A stretch of 45,673 nt of DNA, counting the filler, from Streblomastix strix (lineage: Eukaryota): the NCBI GenBank assembly GCA_008636045.1. It is 2 parts of 2 records of this genome, joined end to end, with 100 filler letters (N's around TTAATTAATTAA, not from the genome) between each part and the next. Parts side by side here need not be neighbours in the genome. Positions count along the whole stretch, not along the records: positions 22,897 to 45,673 come from SNRW01000308.1; 1 more part is not named here. One strand, given 5' to 3'. The position numbers were made by a program, and so were the translations under genes. The notes beneath the pieces are model-generated. The model was not told where the DNA came from, searched no databases, and saw only the letters and a program-made list of their open reading frames with translations. Numbering within the stretch: the stretch's first letter is position 1; each line of letters starts with the position of its first letter. This document shows, piece after piece, positions 37,801-45,673 of this stretch.

Positions 37801-40679
37801 CAAAAGTTCGCGCACAATTTGGATTGCCTTAAGCATAACGACCCCCAATACTAGAGACATGGAATTGGGTGAAAATTTAAACGAGTCTTGTACTTAGATT
37901 ATTTCCATCATTAATAGGAGTGATTGACCACCGAATTCCACGATATCTTCTATCATAATTATTAAACGCAGATACATTCAGTACCGATTTTGCTCCAAAT
38001 ATATTTCCATTCATTCCAAATCCAACTCAAGAAACATACTTTTCTGAATATCCCCAATATTTAAATGCATTTTTGAAGTCATCGCATCAAGCCTCACTAA
38101 TGGCAAGGAGATAAGATATAAGCAGTGGGAAGAAAGAATCATTTGTAGAGAGCTGCATGCGATATTCAATTGGAAGCTAAGACTTTCTTCAGCCATTCTT
38201 CATTTCACCTTCTGGTATTCTATATGACATTACTGGAACAAGGACATGGGCACCTATGTCAGATTAAGGAGTATTATTCTAGCGATTACGAGTATTATTT
38301 GCATCAGAGAAATTCCCTCTTTAAGCTTCATGCAAAATGGCGCTTGTCTCATCATGGGGACCATACTTACATCCTGCAATAATAATCAGACAATGTGAAG
38401 AAATTAAAGAACTATTGAAGAAATAGATGTTCAATTTAGAATCATTAACGCAGGCATGTTCTCTAATTTGCAATGGCGAACACAGGATTCCTCCAACAGT
38501 TAATGCTCTTCTACGTGAAACTAACTTGATCAATATAGTTGTTTCTAAAGTTTATAACTTTTTAGATAACGTCCCACAGTTCATGACACAAATAACGTCA
38601 CAAGGACTTAATCACAATGCAAACAAGGATGACAATGATTTTCGAAGTGGAATGCTACATGGAGATATTAACAATAAATATCGGAATTAAAATAAAACTC
38701 TGTCATATGAAGATGAAACATCAGGATGGGAATATTTCACACACTCCGACACTAGTCAAGAAATGAATATTGGACTCAGGAACTATTCAAACTCATTTGT
38801 TAGAACTTGGAAAGCATTATAGTAAGGATAAGTACCAGAAGAATGGATTGGAATATCAATTGGTTATTTATCAGTAGGAATATAAAAACGAGGAGGATAA
38901 TTACGATTACCTGTTCTGTTATTATGGTTAAACTTCATTCTTGGAGCAATTGAACAGATTCATAGATGTTTTTCATTTGTCCCATCAAGACATAGACTTG
39001 TAGGAATAACTGAAGCTCCATACTCTACATCTTTAATGCTTACAAGAGGAATAATCCACTTCACATAACCTCTAGCTATTGTAACACCACAACTCTTTCA
39101 ACCAGAAGCATTCATTACATTTGTAAGACAGGAAGCAGAATTGGCTATTAGTTTGGAAAGATAAATGCATAGTATATAGTAGCGTATGTAGATAATGGGT
39201 GGATTTGGCTCTAACTTCCATGAAGATGATGATGATGGAGTTGGATATGATGATATTGGAGGAGGTCATGTTAATGAAATTTATTAAGGACCAACTCATA
39301 CAGGCAAAAAGAGAGAATTAAAGAGTTACCCTTCTGTTGCACAATAATCCTAATATTTACAGAGAAGAAATACGGATAAAGATAATCAATCACTTATTGG
39401 ATAAAATTAGAATTTTTATAATAAATAAAGCTCGCCTGGAGGAATTTATGGATCGAATGCTATAATAGAAAGTACTCGAAGAATGTCATACTCACTTTCA
39501 AGAGGATAGAGCCTAAGTAAACTTGCATTGAATACGATTGTAGGATAATCATACAATCTTCAAAATGTTAATGTGGCGAGTGTTCGAAGAATGATTAATT
39601 AATATACCCATCCTTTTCTTTTGGCATATCACTTAATGAAACCTATTTCTCTATCTGATTTACATATACTTTATTTACCAAGTAATTTAAACTCGTTGGA
39701 TGATATTGGATTTTTGCAATCACCATCTCTTTACAATCGTGTACTGAGTCATATGTATATTGGTGGTTTATGGTTTTGGAGTCCAGCTGGAGTAGGTTTT
39801 GATCAGCACAAAGTTGAATTATTTACAAACGTGAATATTTAAGAAGTTGTTCTAAGATCAACAGCTGAATAAATTCCAAGTGAAAATATGGACAAAATTG
39901 GCGATTCTGGGAGAAGAATGAGTATGAATATGCATATTGCTGATTCTACTGGTGCACAAGTTGGAGGAACCAATAATATAAACAGTGATAATTATGCATT
40001 ATCGAATACTATGCAATTCGGTAGAAACATAAATATATCTTTCCTCGCCACCGATGACTTTAGTGGTGGTACAACTCATTAGACTGGTCGAGGATCATCA
40101 TAGACTTTGCTTTAAAGATAATCAACATTGGGGAACACAGGTACTTAAAAATCTCGCTCATTTGAGTTAAATTCCAAACTTTTGTTGGTAACACTTCCAA
40201 AAGAACCTTCACCGACAACCTCATAAATAGATTTTGTGCTGAAGAACGTAACTAAGAAATTATTAACTTTTGATGAGCCGTCGCGTATTGATTGCCTATA
40301 AGCAGAATCATCTAAGACATAAATTCCTATATATGGATTGCCTCTTTCACGTTCGATGGTCTGCATACGTGGCAGAGATGGATAGATGTACATGTGGAAT
40401 GAAAAAGATGGTGGATAATCTACATTAATTACAAATACTGTAGAGAGTTTGAAAGCTATTGATGAATCATTCCTTGAAAGTAACAAATTGGCTATCATAC
40501 CTTTGGGCATGATAGGATTAGGTCCTTAGCGAATAAACAGATTCGCTTCGATCATCACAAAAGACAATAGAAAAATGAAACCAACCCAACCCCTTTACGA
40601 TGTGAATATGATAGTTACTGCTTCACCAACAATGATTGATATGCGTCTTTCGAATACTTTTCTCTTAATGAGCAGATGA
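22899..40679 (+). CDS. Highly divergent dynein heavy chain-like protein, 5'-truncated, ~5,900 codons
   Basis: Ten + strand ORF-track fragments from 23211 to 39888 share one frame, which closes at TGA 40677. AAA1-like YGMEW..., MGRNMYTFQC, EGRT..EVPDDMEGIFR, LCSEGF; AAA2 KCEQVLQ...VVLSGPPGCGKT; stalk coiled coils; WEEW...LP...NMFQRVILIYAIRP. In-frame introns cannot be excluded. Confidence 0.82.
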
Positions 40680-41176
40680 TTCAATTGATTCACTTCAAGT
40701 ACACTGATTTAACTTTTCAATCTTTAAAATTGTATTTATCAACTAATTTTTTTTTTGAGATTTTAAAATAATTATTTTTATTCAATAATTTATTTAAATA
40801 TATTTATTTAATATCTTTTAGTAATAAAAACTTTATCTTATATCTAAACTATTTTTCATCAAGTTTTCTTTATAATAATAATAATCAAAAATCAAGTTAA
40901 ACTTTAAATTAAAGTCCTTTATTTGAATAATTAATTTTATTTTTATATTAAGACAGTTGCTCTTACTGAGTCAGTTTATTAAAATAATATAATTAATTTA
41001 CAGTTTTATTAAATCCAATTTTAGTAGTACCTTCTTCATCCTTAAATTTGATTACTCTTTTAGTAACTTTAATTGCTTCTTATTCATCAACATTGTCATA
41101 TAACTATAGTGCAACTGACGATAATTTACTGTTTCTTCTTAAATTAAATATTATTGAAATGAGTTTGAAAAACAAA

Positions 41177-41475
41177 AGAAGATATTATTGGCGAAATTGG
41201 CTCTATTTTTAAAATCGTGGACAAATCCAAATAATAAACGCGTCAGAATTAAGCTCGCCTGATACGTCTAAAATATCATACTAACCTTCAAAATTAGCTT
41301 GCAAATTGATCATCAATAATCATGGACTAATGCTTAAAAATAAACGTACAGGAATACAACGTTTCATCATAATAGTTTCTATACCCCAAAACAGCTCGCT
41401 TAATTCTGCTGGTTTATTCTTTACATTTGCCCTACTATTTTAGAAATATTGTCAATTTCGCCAATAATATCTTCT
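41177..41475. repeat. Imperfect palindrome at the left end of element 2
   Basis: Perfect 23-bp outer stem (41177-41199 / 41453-41475), imperfect pairing to 41254/41398, and apex taatcat-GGACTA-atgctta centred on the same axis. Confidence 0.85.
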
Positions 41476-41508
41476 CACTTGAGATGAAAACTAACCCAAA
41501 AATAATTC

Positions 41509-42065
41509 TCAATATAGCTCAAACTCATTAATATATCTTTCACTGACTTACTCTTAAATTGGTTATTCTTTTTCTATTGGTTCTTCTTTAATTATAGGCT
41601 CCTTAACTTGCATTGTAAATCTAACTCCAGATTGTTTCATTGATTTAAGTTTATTCTTATATTTATTAATTTACTTTTATGCTTCGATATGTTATTCCTT
41701 AATGAATTAATTTTCAGTTCGTAATTTAATTAGCTCTTCAAGATCAATCTATGGAGTAGTATATTTAATAATTGGTTATTTTTATATTGCTTTAACCTTC
41801 TTTTTAACGACTGGAACTTATACTTCTTATTTTTCTTCACTTTCATCTGATTCATCTTAAACATTAATCGTTCGTCTTATTGTTTTATTACCGACATTTA
41901 TGTTAGTATCTTATTTTATTATGCTTGTGTTTATATTTAAGGGTTCTTTTAACCATCTTCATTTATATTAATCTACTTTCCTATTTGCTTTAGATATCCA
42001 CCATTAAAGCTTTCAAAAGTTGTTCCATTTTCATTTAATTTTCTTAGGGCTTATGATTTATCCAT
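41509..42065 (-). pseudogene. Hypothetical protein A homolog (one frameshift)
   Basis: MDKSQALRKLNENGT...PQIDLEELIKLRTEN...NEFELY*. Length is 3n+2. Confidence 0.75.
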
Positions 42066-42096
42066 TTATCAATAATTAAAGTTTTAATTGATTGAA

Positions 42097-42843
42097 ATGA
42101 TTTCAAGTATTCAGAAGAATTAGCTCCGTATGAGTAAATCAAAGAGACAGATTGAAGATATGAAAAAATAGCTATCAGAAGAAGATAAAATAAGATTGCA
42201 ATTGATCGATAATGCTATCAGTAGGATTAAATCAATGCCTGCTATTGATGAAAGTACCAACTCCGTTGGCGACATAAATGCTAGCAAACCTAAAGAAAAT
42301 GCTATATAAATTGAGAATGAAATTATCACATCAACGCCTGATTAATTGATCCTAACAGAATAAAAAATTACTAAGTATAAGAGTAAATATAATAAAGATA
42401 AATATAAACAAGTAGATAGAACGACAGCATAAGTTGAACCAGATGAAGTAGTTAAAAATACTTATCTTTCCCACACTAATTTGCTGGTAATGAAATTCAT
42501 TATTGACAAATTATGGGCGAAAGTCAATACAAAAAAAAGAGGAGATGATTTTATACTTTCGTCAGATAATTTTATTAAACTTTGGTCATTAATTATTTAA
42601 GAGAATGAAAATGATATTGAAATTGTATTAGAAGAACCTTTGGTAAGATCCCGTTCATATATAGGTAAACCATATAAAAAGAAAGATATAGTTAGAGTAA
42701 TTGATATTTTAATTAAGAATGTATCAGTTAAAGTTATTGATAATGTCCTATATAATTCTATTGAGAAACTGTATCGAGTTAACTGTGATTTTGTTCGTTT
42801 ATCTGATGCTCCTACATCAGAGATAACAAAAGATGATTTCTGA
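42097..42843 (+). CDS. Hypothetical protein B homolog (248 aa, intact)
   Basis: Open in code 6, includes ORF-track fragment 42640-42843, and aligns with 1817-2511. Confidence 0.85.
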
Positions 42844-42890
42844 TATTTATTTTATCTATAACTTTTTAATTATTTTTACCAATAATATAA

Positions 42891-43337
42891 ATATTCCAAT
42901 CTGAAATCATTAAAGATGGAATAATTGTTCATCCTTATATTAATATAACAAAGGAAATTAACGTCGAACCAATATACTAATGTGGTGACGATTTTTATTA
43001 ATGTACTATGAACAAATGGAATAAACACTATTTTAAGTTATTAAAGCGATATGATAATAATCCAACTATTATTCCTTAAACAGTTTATATATTGATTGAG
43101 AATAGAAATAATACACATATTGATGGGTTAATTTAACAATATACTTAATAGATAAAGGAACTTAAAGATCTAACATCTCAATAATATCCTAATATTAGAC
43201 ATTTCACTGATTAGAAAGCAGTCAAGTATCGTGAACTGAAAGAAGCTATTGTTTAGATGTAATCTATAAAATAAAATTAGTACGGCTAGTTCAGTATTAA
43301 ATGTGAAGTTAATTGTATAAATAATTTTTTTGATTGA
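42891..43337 (+). pseudogene. Hypothetical protein C homolog; expected start reads ATA
   Basis: Open frame aligning with 2562-2978, with no ATG at the equivalent position. Confidence 0.7.
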
Positions 43338-43357
43338 TCCAATTTATTTTTATCTAA

Positions 43358-44110
43358 ATGGAATCATTAATCGAACCTTCTGAAGAGGAGCTAATTAATA
43401 TACAAAAATAACTGTAAGAGATATAATAAAAATAAGAGGAAGTAAAGTAATTAGAAAATCTATAAAAATAATTAACCTCTTTCATCGATACAGAGATTAT
43501 TAAACTGTTTACTTATTTCAGCTAATACATGAAAACTAAGGATGTTGATTTATCTCACATGTTAACATTAAATATTGATCAAACAGTAGCAGGATACAAA
43601 TAATTCGTACAATCAATCGTTGCAGATTAATTTATAAAAATTAATGGAACATCAAACTAATTACTATTAGCTAATCGAGTTACTATTGATAAAGATAAGT
43701 TAGACTATTAACCTATTGAAGTTGCAACATAATAATTAATTGCATATGGAATGTATGAATAACAAATATGGGGTACATTAATGACTTAATATGGTAGAGT
43801 ATATATATCTCTGTAAATAACTCACTCTGATCCTAATACATTAACAGAATCAGGATATATTATGTTTTCAATTATTAATAATGCTATAAAACCTAAATTT
43901 ACAGGAACAACTAGAAACATACCTATAAATGCGGTTATGTTTCCGTAAAAGGGATAAGGTTATCCAATATTATGGAATAGAGCAATTCCTATTGATTGTT
44001 TTATTAATCCTAATGGTAATGTTATAATTAATACAATGTGTGAGCTTCATTTACCGGATGACATTTGTGTTTAGTTTTGTGATTCATATGCTATTAATAA
44101 TTATTCATGA
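43358..44110 (+). CDS. Putative fibre protein 1 homolog (250 aa), lacking the central module
   Basis: DQTVAGYKQF...NQLLLAN, RVYISLQITHSDPNT, KPKFTG, IDC, CVQFCDSY shared with 3004-4051. Confidence 0.75.
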
Positions 44111-44245
44111 ATATAATGAATTTATTAATTCATCACTAATTTCTTCATTATCTATTTTTACCTGTTATATTGTTTTTATACAACTTAATAGATGATTACA
44201 AGCTATAATCATTAATGAAATACTGCCAATAATTTCCTATATCAT
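44105..44245 (-). CDS. 46-aa small membrane protein homolog
   Basis: MIQEIIGSISLMIIACNHLLSCI...NSLYS*, aligning with 4236-4376. Confidence 0.75.
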
Positions 44246-44262
44246 TTAAATTAAAAATAAAT

Positions 44263-45294
44263 TCAATTACGCAATATTTCAAATCGTTATAACCACTTAT
44301 TGATTACAATAAGCTCATGTTTATTCAATGTATTATATAATATCATTAGCTCTTATTCTGATAGTGTGTTTATATTATTTTCATCATAAATCTATTTCAA
44401 ATCACTCTCACCAAGGTTAATTCCAAGCACTATCGCATGACATAATATTCGGGCTGTTTTAAACAAGTATTACATTCGTTATGCTACAAAGAATTAGGAA
44501 TTTTTAGAATGTCAACTATCACTGACGAGATGAGTAATTGTATGAGATAACTATGAAGTATATCTTTATATATCTGTGTTTGATCCAATATAATCAAAGA
44601 TTATTAACGAAGATAAGAATTTATCATTTTAAAGTATAGGTAATTTTAGTGTTTTAATTATTGATACTACATCTTCATCTATCTCTTATGTATCAATTAT
44701 TTTTAATCTACTTTCATAATTGACAATTTAAATTAACGGTGGGATAACGAATTACATTAATTTTATAGGTTAGTTATATTCGTTAATTGTTTCAATACAA
44801 TAGATTTTAAATTATTCCTTCATTTTAGTTATAAACTATTAATATATGTCATCCTTCTTTAACTCATTTGCTTCTATCATACTTTATTTACTATGTTTAA
44901 TATAATCGCTATTGTAATCAATATTCATTTGCTTTAATTTCCAATAGGTATATATCTCTTTAACCTTGTATTTAATTTCATCGAACTATGGTAAGAACAT
45001 CATTGCTTATTCGTAAGTTATATTATTAATTGATATATTTTTATCTTTCATATTTAACGCCATACTTTCATCAGGTCCCATATTTGAGAAGTATAATATA
45101 TAGGGGTTAATTACATGTTTATACAATACGATTAGTTTATTCATTAATGTTGTTTTACCACTTCCAACAGCTCCTACAATATAATGGTTTGTGTTAATTG
45201 GAAAGATTGAATTCTTCGCTACTGGTTTCGTTTTATATTCATCTAACATATTATATGTATCAAACTATATTTGCTTTATTTCAGATAGACTCAT
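44263..45294 (-). pseudogene. Packaging ATPase homolog with a nonsense codon at the arginine finger
   Basis: GAVGSGKTT and IIFDYIG. SDS*HSKN (TGA 44512-44514) where element 1 has CGA. Confidence 0.88.
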
Positions 45295-45673
45295 TTTAAT
45301 TGTTTTAATTAACTTTTAGATAATTAGGTATTAATAATGCTAAGCTAATTTAATATCTTTATTGTCAATCGCTAATTATACTAACTAATATATCTCGTCA
45401 ATCGTATATTAATTCCAATGTTGATCCTTTTCAATTAATATTTTACGATGATAGAAGAATTTCACAACATATATAGGGTGGAGAATTAATCCGTCCAAAC
45501 AGACTAGTCTAATAGAAGTATAAGTATGATTTATATTATATATATAATTTATATACATTTAATAGAATAAAGAAAATGTAACAATTAGAATTTTGTTTTT
45601 CTATTTATTTGATTAGAATTTTAAATTTTTATAAAAATTGGAGCAATTTTGCATAAAATTTAATTTCTTGTTA

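Larger units (their letters stand above)
41177..45673. mobile_element. Second, divergent Polinton-like element (element 2), left part only
   Basis: Six genes homologous to element 1, including the packaging ATPase. Begins with 5'-AGAAGA at a hairpin. Runs off the window. Confidence 0.85.

Noticed and set aside
294..45249. Supplied standard-code ORFs as real genes
   Set aside because: They are fragments between TAA/TAG Gln codons, or antisense/off-frame noise. Only table 6 gives coherent proteins.
45337..45529. Possible + strand gene after the element 2 ATPase, and a similar candidate at 10314
   Set aside because: No motif, uncertain frame and no convincing mutual similarity.

Overview
AT-rich eukaryotic DNA that only reads sensibly with TAA/TAG = Gln and TGA as the sole stop (translation table 6), so the supplied standard-code ORF track is mostly fragments or noise. 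The code, the short intron and the style of the host gene suggest an oxymonad such as Streblomastix (inference). The window is two contigs joined by an artificial N/TTAATTAATTAA linker (22797-22896). Contig 1 holds a ~21 kb Polinton/Maverick-type endogenous virus (436-21413). It has ~450 bp TIRs, a protein-primed PolB, an rve integrase, an A32-like packaging ATPase, an HNH nuclease, putative major and minor capsid genes, two phage-like fibre genes and small amphipathic proteins, several of them disrupted. One intron-containing host gene follows it. Contig 2 holds a 5'-truncated ~5,900-codon divergent dynein heavy chain with a degenerate AAA1 P-loop. After it comes the left part of a second, related but rearranged element (41177-end). 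Most notable: both elements end in a 250-300 nt imperfect hairpin starting with a 5'-AG trinucleotide repeat, and the left end of element 1 is cut off exactly at the hairpin loop. All translations and alignments were done by eye; no database searches were run.
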